Assembly: GCA_951406725.2 (NCBI GenBank)
Contig: OX597822.1
Location: 97,836,001-97,900,000, forward strand
Reading direction: 5' to 3'
Length of the DNA stretch: 64,000 nucleotides
Origin: Octopus vulgaris
Lineage: Eukaryota
Below the pieces are notes generated by a model. The model saw only the letters and a program-made list of their open reading frames with translations. It did not search any database and was not told where the DNA came from. Of the stretch, positions 1 to 12,980 are shown piece after piece (the stretch's first letter is position 1; every line of letters begins with the position of its first letter). The position numbers and the translations under genes are program-made.

Positions 1-366
1 TGTTACCCATAATTATGACCCTAGTATCGATCTATTGCATTTCAATCTGTTTTAGGGTTAGGGTTAGGGGTGAGGGGAAGGGTATCTTTTTTTCTTCAGA
101 AATGTAAATAAACCCAATCTGTTTCTTAAACGTGGGACATATTCATACGGCACAGAATGTTTTCACCTCAGTAGAGGTCATTGATTGGTTGAAATGGCAG
201 AAATTGAAAAAAAAACAAAACAACAAATATCTTACCAACTATAGAATTTTCTCAAAGCCAAGAGAAAAGGATGTTTTATAAACACATTCTACCAGTATAC
301 GAAGTTTAAAAATTTTTAGTTACCTAGAAATTATGTTAAAAACTGCCGTTCAAACCGAAAAGATCC
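1..366 (+). mobile_element. TTAGGG-containing MITE (Merlin-like), left end outside window
   Basis: Ends in terminal inverted repeat (TIR) CTGCCGTTCAAACCGAAAAGATCC; internal (TTAGGG)n at ~52-70; collinear with copies at 46284-46701 and 47174-47623. Confidence 0.85.
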
Positions 367-646
367 TTATTTTCTTTAAAAGGAGAGTTTTCTTTTTTGA
401 GGGACAAAGATAGCGGGTTAAACTTTGAATAATTAGTTACTAAAATTCTCACCAATTTGCAATGCTCTTGCTGCTTATAATAGCGTAACATAAGCTAGTT
501 GTACTTACTTGGAATTAAGTAGAGTGAGTATCTGAGAGCAGAACGGCTTAGAGATACCCTGCGATGAGATAAGGGTACATATCATCCACCTCTCAGTTGT
601 TTTTTTACTCTATTGACATAGATATTTAATTTGAAGTTCGAATCTT

Positions 647-818
647 GGATCTTTTCGGTTTGAACGGCAGTTTTTTAAAAATAATTTCCACGTAACTAAA
701 CACTTTTAAACTTCGTATATTGGTAGAATGTGTTTATAAAACATCTTTTTCTCTTGGCTTTATTGAGAAAATTCTATAGTCTGTAAGATATTTGTTGCTT
801 TTTTTCTTCAATTTCTGC
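647..818 (-). mobile_element. Same MITE, partial inverted copy truncated at a SINE
   Basis: Begins GGATCTTTTCGGTTTGAACGGCAG; reverse complement of ~195-366. Confidence 0.85.
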
Positions 819-821
819 TGC

Positions 822-1415
822 TACGTTCTGAGTTCAAATTCCGCCGAGGTCGACTTTACCTTTCATTCTTTCGGATTCGATAAATTAAGTACCAGTTGCG
901 TACTGAGGTCGATCTAATCGACTGTTCCCCTCCCCACAAATTTCGGGCCATGTGCCTAGAGTAGAAAAGAATTTTTAAGGCGGTGAGCCGGCAGAATCGT
1001 TGGCACGCCGGTCAAAATGCTCAGCAGCATTTCGTCTGTCTTTACGTTTTGAGTTCAAATTTAGCCGAATTCGATTTTGCCTTTCATCCTTTCGGGATCG
1101 ATAGATTAAGTACCAGTTCCGTACTGAGGGAGATCTAATCGACTGTTCCCCTCCCCGCAAATTTCGGGCCATGTGCCTAGAGTAGAAAATAATTTTTAAG
1201 GCGGTGAGCTGGCAGAATCGTTGGCACGCCGGTCAAAATGCTCAGCAGCATTTCGTCTGTCTTTACGTTTTGAGTTCAAATTTAGCCGAAGTCGATTTTG
1301 CCTTTCATTCTTCCGGGTTCGATAAATTAAGTACCAGTTGCGTACTCGGGTTGATCTAATCGACTGGCCTCCTCCCCCTCAAATTTCAGGCTTTGTGCCT
1401 AGAGTTGAAAAGAAT
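822..1415 (+). mobile_element. Three head-to-tail copies of tRNA-derived SINE family A (period 221 bp)
   Basis: Head AAGGCGGTGAGC(C/T)GGCAGAATCG at 977 and 1198; B-box-like GAGTTCAAATT; core ...GACTTT..CCTTTCAT.CTT.CGG...CGATA; first copy lacks its head. Confidence 0.9.
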
Positions 1416-1790
1416 ATTGCGGCCTGTAATACAATGGAGTCATTGGTTACTTGTTTCCAACGAGGCAAACATTAGTTTACGGCATTTCTGCAAGCGGGAA
1501 TCTGTATCTCGGCGGAGAAAAATATATTGCAGAGTACTTTGTTCTTTTTTCTTTGTTAATTAACATTTTTTATTTCCTGTTTTCCCTGTTATAATTGAAG
1601 ACAGCAGAGCCAGGGGACTGTGAAATCTTGTATAAAAGTAAATGGAAAATAGGACATTTTTCTTATTAAAAAAAAGAGAAGCAAGAAAAAGAAGAAAGAG
1701 CGAGTAATAAAAAAAAGACTACATACTACGATACATTCACTCGCCAATCACTCATAAAATTGAAATAGTTACGACAATTCTTGTAGGACG

Positions 1791-1833
<43 letters not shown>

Positions 1834-2055
1834 ATATATGTGTGTGTATATATATATGTGTGTGTGTATATATATATGTGTGTGTGTGTGTGTATATATA
1901 TATGTGTGTGTGTATGTTTATATATATATATATGTGTGTGTGTATGTTTATATATATATATATATGTGTGTGTGTATGTGTATATATGTATGTGTGTGTG
2001 TATATATATACTTATGTGTGTGTGTGTATATACAACACACACACATACAAACACA
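1791..2055. repeat. Compound (TA)n/(TG)n microsatellite
   Basis: Directly visible; source of the spurious ORFs at 1752-2079. Confidence 0.98.
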
Positions 2056-2094
2056 TGTTTAGCCATGATTGATAGCTAAATCCAAACGTTTTTT

Positions 2095-2270
2095 TTTAAA
2101 TTCTTTCTCCGCTTTTTTCTCTTAATCCTTTCTTTCTGAAAAGCGTAAGCTCGGAACGTGAAAGACTTTCTCACTTTCCCGAGCATCGACCTGATACACC
2201 TGTTTGCTGTTCATACATCTGTCTGTGTGTCATCTGTCTCCGTCTTTTGTTTTTCTGTAAATTTAAACTA
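2095..2270 (+). mobile_element. Short hammerhead-bearing repeat (PLE-type 3' end), decayed
   Basis: Same layout as 34370-34530 and 58470-58655; degenerate hammerhead at 2131-2165 (TCTTT CTGAA AAGCGTAAGCTC GGAACGTG AAAGA). Confidence 0.65.
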
Positions 2271-2274
2271 TATT

Positions 2275-2460
2275 CTTTTACTCTTTTACTTGTTTCAGAC
2301 TGTGTCCATGCTGGAGCACCGACTTTAGTCGAACAAATCCACCCGAAGACTTATTGTTTGTAAGCCTAGTAATTATTCTATCGGTCTCTTTTGCCGAACC
2401 GCTAAGTTACGGGGACGTAAACACACCAGCATCGGTTGTCAAGCGATGTTGGTGGGGGGC
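2275..2460 (-). mobile_element. SINE family C, 3' part
   Basis: Matches the 3' half of 48437-48850 (TACTTGTTTCAG...GCCGAACCGCTAAGTTACGGGGACGTAAACACACCAGCATCGGTTGTCAAG). Confidence 0.9.
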
Positions 2461-2766
2461 GTAATCTGCCGTACTCTCCTGATTTAGCACCAACGGATTT
2501 CCACCTCTTTCGATCTCTTTCAAATGCTATGTGCGGAGTTTCGTTCAATACTGATGCAGAACTGACAGCTTGGTTGGATCAATTTTTTGAGTCGAAATCG
2601 GATGATTTCTACCAACGAGGTTTTGAAAATCTTGTTGAACGTTGGGAAGAAGTAAAGAACAAATGTGAATACATTATTGATTAATTAGTTATCTTCTTTT
2701 AATTAAACCTTTTAAAAAATTTAAATTCAAAAAAACAAACGATGGGAACTTAGCTGCCAACCCAAT
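2461..2766 (+). mobile_element. mariner transposon 3' fragment with right TIR
   Basis: Translation LPYSPDLAPTDFHLFRSL...FYQRGFENLVERWEEV...EYIID*; YSPDLAP.D is the mariner motif; TIR-like GAACTTAGCTGCCAACCCAA then TA. Confidence 0.9.
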
Positions 2767-4202
2767 ATAACTGTATTAAAATTTTATGAGTGATTGGCGA
2801 ATGATTGTGTAGTAGTGTGTGATCTTTTTTATTCTCTTTTCCTTCTTTTTCTCATTTCTCTTTTTAAAGAAAAGAAGTCCTGTTATCCATTTTGTACAAG
2901 ACTTCAAAGTCCCTTGGCTGTGCTGTCTTCAATTATAACAGGGAAAACAGGAAATAAATGTTAATTAAAAAAAAATCCAATTCACAAGGCAACATTTAAT
3001 CGGAAGCTATGGAATAAGACACACGAAGTGCTGAGCAATGAGAATCGAAAGTCAGGCAGTCGCGAATCAAACAGCCGAATCATCTAGCCATAACCGCACC
3101 TACACTCCTCCACAGGCCATTCCTATAGTTTGATCTTCATCAAATAACTTAATGTTTCGATTGCGACACAATAATTGTTTAGCAATATCAAACACATTAA
3201 ACTAATCTATTTATGCACATTTTAAATCTACTTCTATTGTTAGGTTATGGTCGAGAATTCCGTTGGCTGTTGAACACCAAAAAACGACCCGTTTCGTCGT
3301 TCCGTCATTAGATAACGTTTTACATTAAACAAAGCGATTTGCTTGTATATTTCATATTTTTCTGTTGTTTGAACATCTAGAATACGTTTTAGCTTTACAT
3401 TGTCTTCACTAGACACATCTTGCTTGAATGCCTTCTATTGTCACGTATATCATTAGCATTTAGATTAATATTCATAGATACGAGATATATACGCTTATTG
3501 CGTTAAGTATAGGTGGTTTGCCTTTATTAATGATGACCATTAAGAGAACAGAATGGATCTATTTCTTTGTAATAACCGATTGTTGTTGAAATTACTCATG
3601 ATTTTTCTCAGAACTGTTTGTTCTGCAAAATGATTCAGTTATATAGAAAAGGCAATAATTTTTTTTATTTATTTATGACTCGTGTACAGATATTTTCTAC
3701 TTTGAAAAAGCTGAATTTCCTTGTCGTCCTTAGACAAGTTAATGTTCCGAAACGCTTGTAACTTAGTGAGGAGGCGAAAACTTTTCTGAAGACCATATAG
3801 AGAAATCCAGTGACTTAGAAAATCTATTCTGAAAGCAGAGTCGACAATACAGATCCATTTATTCGTTTCTGTCATTAGACTGCGGCCGAGCTGGGATGCC
3901 ACTTTGAATTGTTTAGTCCTGTGAATAGATTCCAATATTTCTTGTATAGTCTGTTTCTTTTTTAACTCAAACTGCTCTTTTGTTGAACGTTAGAGGGTAC
4001 GTAAACAACAAATACATAAGCTATGGGGAAGTAAGCAAACCAACATCGCATAGGAACAAGTAAAAATGCACTTACACATTGGCATTGATCGATCCGGAGC
4101 TATAGTAGATGTATATTACCCAAACTGCCGCGCAATGGGACTGAAACCGAACCCACATTGCTACAAAACGAACTTCTTTACCACACAGTTTATAAACTGA
4201 AA

Positions 4203-4906
4203 TTTGATCAAAAACTGATAATTAAATTATAAACCTTGGGATTAAAAGTTCGAATCCTCTCTATAAATCAGCGTTGAACAATGTTCAAAACTGAATCGAA
4301 TTTCAAAGAATTTTCGACGTGTGCTTATCATTCGGATCACAATCTTAAAGCCTTGGTTTCAATTCCTAGATGGTTGGTTCGGGACATTCTTGAACAAGGT
4401 GCTTTATTTGTTGTTGCTGGTATTTACTCAGCTGTAAATGAGTACAAGCCAGGTTCTAATGCACTCTTCTCTCCACCCAGGTACCAAATTTTTGATATTA
4501 TTGATAGTCAAGAATGAGAGAACTGATAGTGTCTATGCCTGCTAGTGACTACACACACACACATCTAAAACATTTAGCAAATGCATTGTACATGTTACAA
4601 AGCAGTGCTCGTTCGCGTGTGATGTCTAGTGGTACTCGTACACTTCACTTTTTCTGTCAACACGAAAAACGCTATAGAAGAGTCGAGTGAACATATTAGT
4701 TACACAGTTAAGGCATAACGCTATAGATTTCAATTCCATCTAGGAACTGAAACCAAGGCTTTAAGATTGTGATCCGAATGATAAGCACACGTCGCAAATT
4801 CTTTGAAATTTGATTCAGTTTTGAACATTGTTCAACACTGATTTATAGAGAGGATTCGAACTTTCAGTCCCAAGGTCTATAATTTAATTATCAGTTTTTG
4901 ATCAAA
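4203..4906. repeat. Long inverted repeat: arms 4203-4373 and 4736-4906
   Basis: 171-bp arms are near-exact reverse complements (TTTGATCAAAAACTGATAATT...CCTAGATGG). Confidence 0.92.
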
Positions 4907-5393
4907 ACTAACATCTGGTTACGTGTACAACTCAGTTTGTAAGGCCTTCATTGCCGAAAATGAACTGAATGGTTTTCCGCTGCAAATTGAAACCAGCTTG
5001 ACAACCTTCTTAGTTCTTACAAAAGTCGGTTCATGTGACACGCTCTTCTTTTATTATGTATTAAGAAAGAAAGCAATGTTATACATAAGATTGAAATGTG
5101 AAATGTTGATACTACTAAATTAGATTGTAAACGCCAAGTCATTAAATGCGTTTTAGTAATTCAAAATACCAATCAATTTAATAGGTTTTTGATATTTGAA
5201 AAATCCTTGGAAATTAAGTGGATTTCCAAATATTACTTTGAAAGATTAATCGGACAAGAGAGAAAATGAGCGTAATATGAATTAATGCAACAGTTAAAAC
5301 TGTTTTCATGGCAGACAGTTATCAGGAGGGAATCGATGTAGATAATTTGCATTAGTAAGAAATAATCAATGTGTGTTAGTATAAATGAACAGC

Positions 5394-5631
5394 ATTAAGG
5401 CGGTGAGCTGGCCGAACCGTTAGCACGCCGGGCGAAATGCTTAGCGGTATTTCGTCTGCGTTACGTTGTGAGTTCAAATTCCGCCGAGGTCGACTTTGCC
5501 TTTCATCCTTTCGGGGTCGATAAATTAAGTACCAGTTACGCACTGGGGTCGATGTAATCGATTTAATCCCTTTGTCTGTCCTTGTTTGTCCCCTCTGTGT
5601 TTAGCCCCTTGTGGGTAATAAAGAAATAGGC
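5394..5631 (+). mobile_element. SINE family A (long-tail subfamily), full length
   Basis: 13-bp TSD ATAAATGAACAGC at 5381-5393 and 5632-5644; tail ...CCCCTTGTGGGTAATAAAGAAATAGG. Confidence 0.95.
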
Positions 5632-5659
5632 ATAAATGAACAGCGTTTACCAGGTTTGC

Positions 5660-7860
5660 TTTTAAAACGAACATAGCTGAAACGAAATGGTTTATTTGCT
5701 GAATGTCAGAGCTCAGTACACCGAAAGGTAAACAGGGCACCACTTCCAGATGGAGAGGTAATTCCAATCGGCTCCCGAATCACTTCTCCATTGACAACCA
5801 GTTAGCCCTTCATGAAATTCCCCAAGTATTAAAACTTCAGCGTCTCAACAACCCACCATTCTTGGTCTAGGTCAGAAAATTGATTAAGGAAATGAGCTGC
5901 GGCAAGGTGCCCAACAGGGATTGTTTTCCTGCTGAATTATACAAGGCTCTGGATCATGATAGAAGCATTCTACAATGTCCTAGTTAGCATTCGGAAGGAG
6001 GAAACAATACAACTTGTAGTAAAGAAATAGATATTAGAAAAAAAAAAAGTAAAGAAATAGGAAACAATACAACTTGTCATGCGTGATGTTGTTAGAGTAT
6101 CTTTGTAAGAACAAAGGATACCGAGCAGACTGTGGCATATAACGTGGCATCTCCCTGCTTCCCACAGCAAGTAAAATCTCGGCTTACATCAGTCTTAACA
6201 AGTTCATCTCAACAGTATCTGATGCAAATCTCCCTGAATCACAATGCAGTTTCCAGTCTGAATGGAGTATCGTGAACATGATTTTCAATGTGTAGTAAAT
6301 ACAAGAGAACTTCTTGAGCAGAACAGGAACTTTTAAAGGCGGTGAGCTGGCAGAAACGTTAGCACGTCGGGCGAAATGCTTAGCGTTATTTCATCTGTCT
6401 TTACGTTCTGAGTTCAAGTTCCCTCGAGGTCGACTTTGCCTTTTGTCCTTTCGGGGTCGATAAATTAAGCACAAGTTCCATACTTGGTCGATCTAATCGA
6501 CTGGCCCCCTCCTCCACAAAATTCGGGCCTTGTGCCTAGAGTAGAAAAGAACATGAACCTTTATCATATTTACTAAACAAATGCATTTGAATTAGCCAAC
6601 CTAAATGCTTTATGAATTATCCTAAAATAACTTCGCTGTTCCCCCGAGTTGACCAATCTCATTCGCCTCGCCTTCCACGACAAGACCAAGAAATTCTTGT
6701 ATCTAATAAACGCAGTAGTATGAAGCAAGGATGTGCACTTGCACCAGTAATTTTCAACCCACTTTTGATTATAGTCTATTAGAAATTTAGACATGCGTAT
6801 CTAGATTAAATACCGTTTGGAAGGTTCTCTATTTGTTTTCATTGACTTGTAGCGCACATGACGACTCTTTAGAACCTTATCATAGACGCCCTAGGTGGTG
6901 ATGATCAGGAACCCATGGCACACCAACAGCATCACTTAAAAAAACCGCCGACAGTCTCTCAGAAGAATAAAACATGGTTAGCTTGGTAATTCAACCAAGA
7001 GAAAACCAATAACACTCCGACAGAGCCCTGCATGGACGCCACAGTTTCGGAAAGTCGAGAGCTTCTGGTATCTGGGAGGCATTTTCCCCAATAACGGAGA
7101 ATTCGACAACGAAATCGCGTTAGAATCCAGAAAGCTAACTAGGCATTTCGAAGGCGACTGTCGTACAGGGCTTCGCATCAGAGTATTTTAGTAGAAGGAT
7201 ATTCGCCTGTCTATCAGATTGAAACCCTCAATACTGTAGTATTCTCTACTCTGGCTGTAAGACATGTAAGCTTAAACAACTTGTGGAGATGCATCAAACA
7301 ACTTGTGCAATTTCACAACTACTCTTTACGATTCATCGCAAATTCGCTTCCAGGACCGTGTCTCTCACCTTCTCGTCCCAGACAGAGCCAATCCCCTCAT
7401 GCACTAAAGAGATCTTAAGAATCAGCTTAACAGGATATGTGATCCACTGAATAAGACTACGATGCCGCGACAACAGTTCCACGTGGAAATGGAGCAGTGT
7501 ACTTATGTCCAGGGTTGCCTGAATTAGAAATACATTGAAACCTCACGTCGAATCTGAAGTCGTCCGCACTGCAGCCATATGACTGTGGGACCGTGACTGT
7601 AGGCCGATGTGAGTAAAACTACTGATATCCCAGAGCTGTTAACAAACTTCAAGCCGAGTGAGTGGTGATTGCAACACATCAAGGTAAGTTATGAGAGACA
7701 TAGAAAAGCGACTGATCCCACTCTAACAAGTGGCGTCTCATGCCCTAACTGCAGTAATATCTGCGTGTCTGATTTCGGTCACAGAAGTCATATGCGTGCC
7801 CAAAAACGTTGATAGCGCCACATCGTCTTCCTCGGACCATGGGAGATCGCCAGCATCATT
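5660..7860 (+). mobile_element. Decayed RTE-clade LINE (RT region to 3' end)
   Basis: Remnants GKVP..D..PAELYK (~5900), QCSF...S.VNMIF (~6242), and C-terminal CPNCSNICVSDFGHRSHMRA (7741-7800), the C2H2-like tail typical of RTE ORFs; many stops and frameshifts. Confidence 0.75.
6337..6550 (+). mobile_element. SINE family A inserted in the RTE LINE
   Basis: AGGCGGTGAGCTGGCAGAAACG...CCTTGTGCCTAGAGTAGAAAAGAA. Confidence 0.92.
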
Positions 7861-9289
7861 TTAGAACGAACAGAAACAAAATGGTATATGTAGCGCGAAA
7901 GAAGATCTTGACAGCAGAAACGAAGATCTCGATAGCAGGAAGGATAAAAAGCCGAGTCAGCAGAAAGCAAATGAGAATTTCCATCGAAAAATATAAACTC
8001 CACAAAAGGGACTAAGTCCTCGTGCTAAGAACAGGGAAGAATTCTAAGGCTCCTGACAGCACTTCTCTGATTTAGAAGTTCGTAATTTTTATCGATCCCC
8101 TCACCTTTTTATTTTTGTTTATTAAGCACGGTGTTGGTTTTCAACACTCAAGATGGTTCTGTGGTCGAAGTATAAAGATATCTGTATTATGATTTTTTTT
8201 TTATATAAAAGAAAAGTAATTGCTAAGTTAGCAACAATGTAAGCGATATTGGGAAAGAAAGCACTCTATTAAACCGATGCAAATATTTTACTGGTTCTTT
8301 ATTTCATAAACCCGAAAGAAATCAAAATTCAACAGGACCTCGGTAAGATATGATCTCAGAATCTTGAGAGAGTACGCTCGTACGTATTTGTTTATTTCAG
8401 TAATGCTTGTTATTTGTAAAACGATATATTAATACAACAGATAATAAAAACTGACAAATATCAATCATCTGTGAGTTTTTATTAAAATTGAAAATAATAT
8501 AATTAACGTCACTTCACTGAATGATAAATCGGAAAGTTAGCACTACTTTCTAATATAAAAGATAAGATCACGTGTATAAACACTTATCAAAACTTATGTC
8601 CTGAGAGTGAAAAAGAATATTTGGGAGATAAACAAAATAAGAAAACACGATTTAATTTTTTCTTTGTCATAAAATCTCTGTAGTAAAATATATATTTGCT
8701 TAAATTCTATATAAAAATGAGCAGCTTGAAAGTATATTGGAATTACCCGCTCAAGAGAGAACTTAAAAAATGTGATAACAAAAATGTGTTTTCTTCTTAT
8801 TAATGTTGGCAATATGAATAGAAATGTACAGTTTAAGAGATCGTTTGTGGTTTAATCACATGCGAGCGATCTCTCACTTAAAATATATCATCTGGAGTGA
8901 TAGTTTTTCTAGTTCATGATCGAAGAAATTCAAGAACCATATCATAGCGAAAAATAAATAACATCTTTACTAGAAGTATTTTAAATATTTTTTAAAGAAC
9001 TACTGAACCTTATTAGGCTCTCGCAATTTTCATTTAACCCTAACTCGACTGCTGTGACAAACTCATCGAATTTCTAGATGACATCACTCGAAAATCAGAT
9101 TGCTGCTCATGGGTGGATGTTATCAATCTCAACTTCACCATAAAACTTTAAATCTGTGTTACACAAACAATCTATGGCGAAGCTCTCCGTAATAGATGTG
9201 AAGATTCATCTTCATAATTATTTGAAGTCCTTCATTATCGATAAAGAGTGGTAGTCACGGTACTAGGACAACGTTATGAATTGTATGCG

Positions 9290-10270
9290 ATGATATTCTG
9301 TGTTTTAGGGATCTGTTCTTAGTCCTCTGTTATTTGTTGCTTACATTAATTAAACATATGCCAACTGAAAGTATGTTACTATGTTAACATACGCAGACCA
9401 CATTCAGTTATAATTTGAAATAAAAAGGAACAAATCCTATCAGGTATAGATCTTTCCTGCAACCTGACACGAAACGATGCAGCAATGGATTGCTAACTAA
9501 CAACCCAAACAGGCTGTAGGCAAGTGCAGCACTATAAAATTTAGGAAAAATAACCAGGAATATACTTACCCTCAACCTTAAAAAGTCTTCTGGTGAACGT
9601 AGCATAGGAATTATTGTCAAGAATGATCTGCGTTGAATGAACCACGTTTCTAAAATCGTCAAAAACCGCTATTTAAAGCTATATTGTATGTTCTTACTTA
9701 GAGTTTGCATCTCCAATCTGGAACCCACACACCTACCCACCCATCTTGTACAGAATATTGATCTGCTGGAAACTGTCCAGAGACGTGCATCTAGACAAAC
9801 ACCCTTTATCAATCACCGTATCTGCAACGTATTGCTTCTCTTGGTATTTGCACGCTAGAGTTTCGACGTCTAATTGTTGACTTGGTTCAAGTCCGCCAGA
9901 ATATTCCCCATTTTTCTAACATCAATATAGACCTACTTTTTTGAATGCAGTAGCTCTAATACCAGTATAGCATCCATTAATTTCGGAATTGTGGTGACAT
10001 AGGATAAGCTAACAATAGCTGTCAGAACACTGCATCCTTCAAAAATTTCATGATTCCCACAATATGCCAATATTTCTGACGTGCAAATGCATATTTATTC
10101 GTTGTGACAGTTAATATTCGGTTTTCTCTAGTTTTGCGTCTTTATTCTGTGTGCTATGCATAAATTTGTAGTTTTCATTGTAGTCTGTATTTACTTGACT
10201 TATATGTTTGCTCTCTGCCTCACTTTTACTGATGAGTTGTAGTGCACCTGAGCACGATAAATAATAAATT
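9290..10270 (+). mobile_element. Decayed CR1/L2-group LINE 3' fragment
   Basis: GSVLSPLLFVAYIN (~9308, cf. QGSVLGPLLF) and IDLLETVQRRA (~9757) motifs. Confidence 0.65.
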
Positions 10271-10297
10271 CATTATATTATATCAATGCATTATAAA

Positions 10298-10510
10298 GTG
10301 GTGAGCGGGCAGAATGGTTAGCACACTGGACAAAATGGTTAGTGGTATTTATTCCGGTTTTCACCATCTGAGCTCATATTTCGTCGTGATGAACTTTGCC
10401 TGACATCCTTTTGGGGCCGATAAAATAATTATCACTCAAGTACTGGGGTAGATGTAATCGACTAGCCCCCTTTTCCAAAATTTCAGGCTGTGTATTTCTG
10501 TCGAAAGGAT
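10298..10510 (+). mobile_element. Old SINE family A copy
   Basis: Diverged but collinear with the family A copies. Confidence 0.75.
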
Positions 10511-11014
10511 TATATTAATGCAATAAAATCAGAAAATACCTTTACCCTTAATCATATATTAACTAAAACGGATGTCGAGTTTTCTATTTTCCCTCAATTT
10601 TTCGACTCAGACATTCGATTTAGCTGTCGTATAAATCCATTATCAGGTGAATAATCAGCATGATTTTTTGCTAGTTTCCAAAGGAAAGTGAACAGAAAAG
10701 TTTATAAGCAAAAATGAAATTGGTGGAGTAGGCGAGTGTATTAAGAGTTTCAAATAAAGACATGTTATCCATTAGATTACAATTATGGTATTATAATATG
10801 CGAAAGTACACCGTTATAGGCGAATCATATATTTGTCAGTAAGTCAATTATTAGACCGATAGCTGATAATGAAGTTCAACAAGAAATAACCTAATATTCA
10901 ACTGTTTTCTAGTAAGCTAAAACAGAATAATTGGAAAAAAACATATTTCTGTCAACGTAAAATAATGGAATTTGGTATTACATTTTGATGCATCAACTGA
11001 TATTAGAAATCTCA

Positions 11015-11072
11015 CCTCTCTCCTTCTCTGTCTGTCTGTCTGCCTGCCTGTCTGCCTCTCTCTATCTCTTTC

Positions 11073-11125
<53 letters not shown>

Positions 11126-11242
11126 ATATCTATCTATATATATATCTATATATATATTTATATATATCTATATATCTATCTATATATATATATCTATGTA
11201 TCTATATATATATCTATATCTATCTATATATATATCTATATA

Positions 11243-11275
<33 letters not shown>

Positions 11276-11342
11276 ATATATCTATCTATATATATATATA
11301 TCTATGTATATATCTATCTATCTATCTATATATATGTGTGTG

Positions 11343-11394
<52 letters not shown>

Positions 11395-11400
11395 CACACA
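11015..11400. repeat. (TCTG)/(TCTA)n/(TA)n compound microsatellite
   Basis: Directly visible. Confidence 0.98.
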
Positions 11401-11879
11401 CAAATAAAGATTCATTTAGTTCATTCATGGATTTGAAATTACTAATTTTACTCTATGCTGCAGAAGGCGTCAATAGCACACCTGATATAAAAAAATATTT
11501 TTGAGTGGATATTCTTGAGAACGAAAGGGTTTTTTTTGTCATGTTTTTATTACTGGCACAGACAGAGTACTGTTCATATCAAAAATATTGATATTCCGTT
11601 GGCAAAATAACTACGAGATTCAAAGAGATTATCTGCGTATTTTAGCGGAATCAACTCAGTTCCAAGTATTTGGAGAGTAAGTCTCCCGTTTGAGGAATAT
11701 TTCGTCCCTTCTTTCCACTAGTCTCAACTCCACGAAAAAGGGATGTGGGCCTGCTGCTCGTCTTCCTTTGATTAAACAAGGAAAAGATAATATGTTGAGG
11801 TTTGTCATGACATAAGACCGGAACCTAATCTGGTTTCCCTGGTATATAAGAGATTGAGATTGCAACAGCCCCATTCTAT

Positions 11880-12045
11880 GAACGTGGTGCTGGTACATCG
11901 CAGGATTAACTTCCCAGGTGCTGCTGAAATTCATTTACAGCTGAATGAATTGGAGCAACATGAAATGAAGTGTTTTGCTGAAGAACACAACACAACACTC
12001 GGGGAATTGAAACCAAGACCTTACAATTGCGAGTGCAATTATGTT
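11880..12045 (-). mobile_element. Old SINE related to family D
   Basis: CATTTACAGCTGA...GGAGCAACATGAAATGAAGTG..TTGCT matches the family D core; similar remnant at ~13440-13630. Confidence 0.65.
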
Positions 12046-12185
12046 ACGAGACTTTACAAAAATAATAACACAAATAAAATATCGGCTGTAAATCTTAGTG
12101 AAAGCAAACAGAAGTACTGGACATGCACGATAAGTGTTGCAAAATCCGTTTAGTTTCAATGGCTAATATGGTTGTTACATGTAGG

Positions 12186-12390
12186 GCAGCAAGCTGGCGA
12201 AATATTTAGCAATCCGGGAAAAATGGTTAACGGCGTTTCTTGTCTTTACGTTCTGAGTTCAAATTCCACCGAGGTCGACTTTGCCTTTCATCCTTTCGAG
12301 GGTCAATAAAATAAGTACAGGGATTGGTGTAATCGACTTGTCCCTCCCACTAGGCTGTTGGCATTGTGCCAAAATTTGAAGTCATTATGA
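12186..12390 (+). mobile_element. SINE family A, diverged
   Basis: TTACGTTCTGAGTTCAAATTCCACCGAGGTCGACTTTGCCTTTCATCC. Confidence 0.85.
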
Positions 12391-12595
12391 TTGTTATACG
12401 TCTGTGTGAAACATCTTTTGTTGCAGTTACAGGAGAAATGAATAGATTTAACTCTAGAAAACATAGTTATTAAAGGGATTATCAAAGGAGTTCTACTGCT
12501 ATCACTAATCATGGGTCAAAACTCTTAGTCGACGTTAGATCACACCATTGCCGAATATTTCTTTCTAGTGTTAAAATCAACGGTATTACACGGAT

Positions 12596-12980
12596 TGGAA
12601 GCACTCCGTCGGTTACGACGACGAGGGCTCCGGTTGATCCGAATCAACGGAACAGCCTGCTCGTGAAATTAACGTGTAAGTGGCTGAGCACTCCACAGAC
12701 ACGTGTACCCATAACGTAGTTCTCGGGGATATTCAGCGTGACACAGAGAGTGACAAGGCCGGCCCTTTGAAATACAGGTACAACAGAAACAGGAAGTAAG
12801 AGCGAGAGAAAGTTGTGGTGAAAGAGTACAGCAGGGATCACCACCATCCCCTGCCGGAGCCTTGAGGAGCTTTAGGTGTTTTCGCTCAATAAACACTCAC
12901 AACGCCCGGTCTGAGAATCGAAACCGCGATCCTATGACAGCGAGTCCGCTGCCCTCACCACTGGGCCATTGCGCCTCCAC
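12596..12980 (-). mobile_element. tRNA(Arg)-like SINE family B (OR1-like), full length
   Basis: Head GTGGAGGCGCAATGGCCCAGTGG (A box) and GGTTTCGATTC (B box) on the minus strand; 11-bp TSD ATTACACGGAT at 12585-12595 and 12981-12991. Confidence 0.95.

Noticed and set aside
52-82. TTAGGG repeats as a true telomere or fusion scar
   Set aside because: Short and always at the same position inside a MITE.
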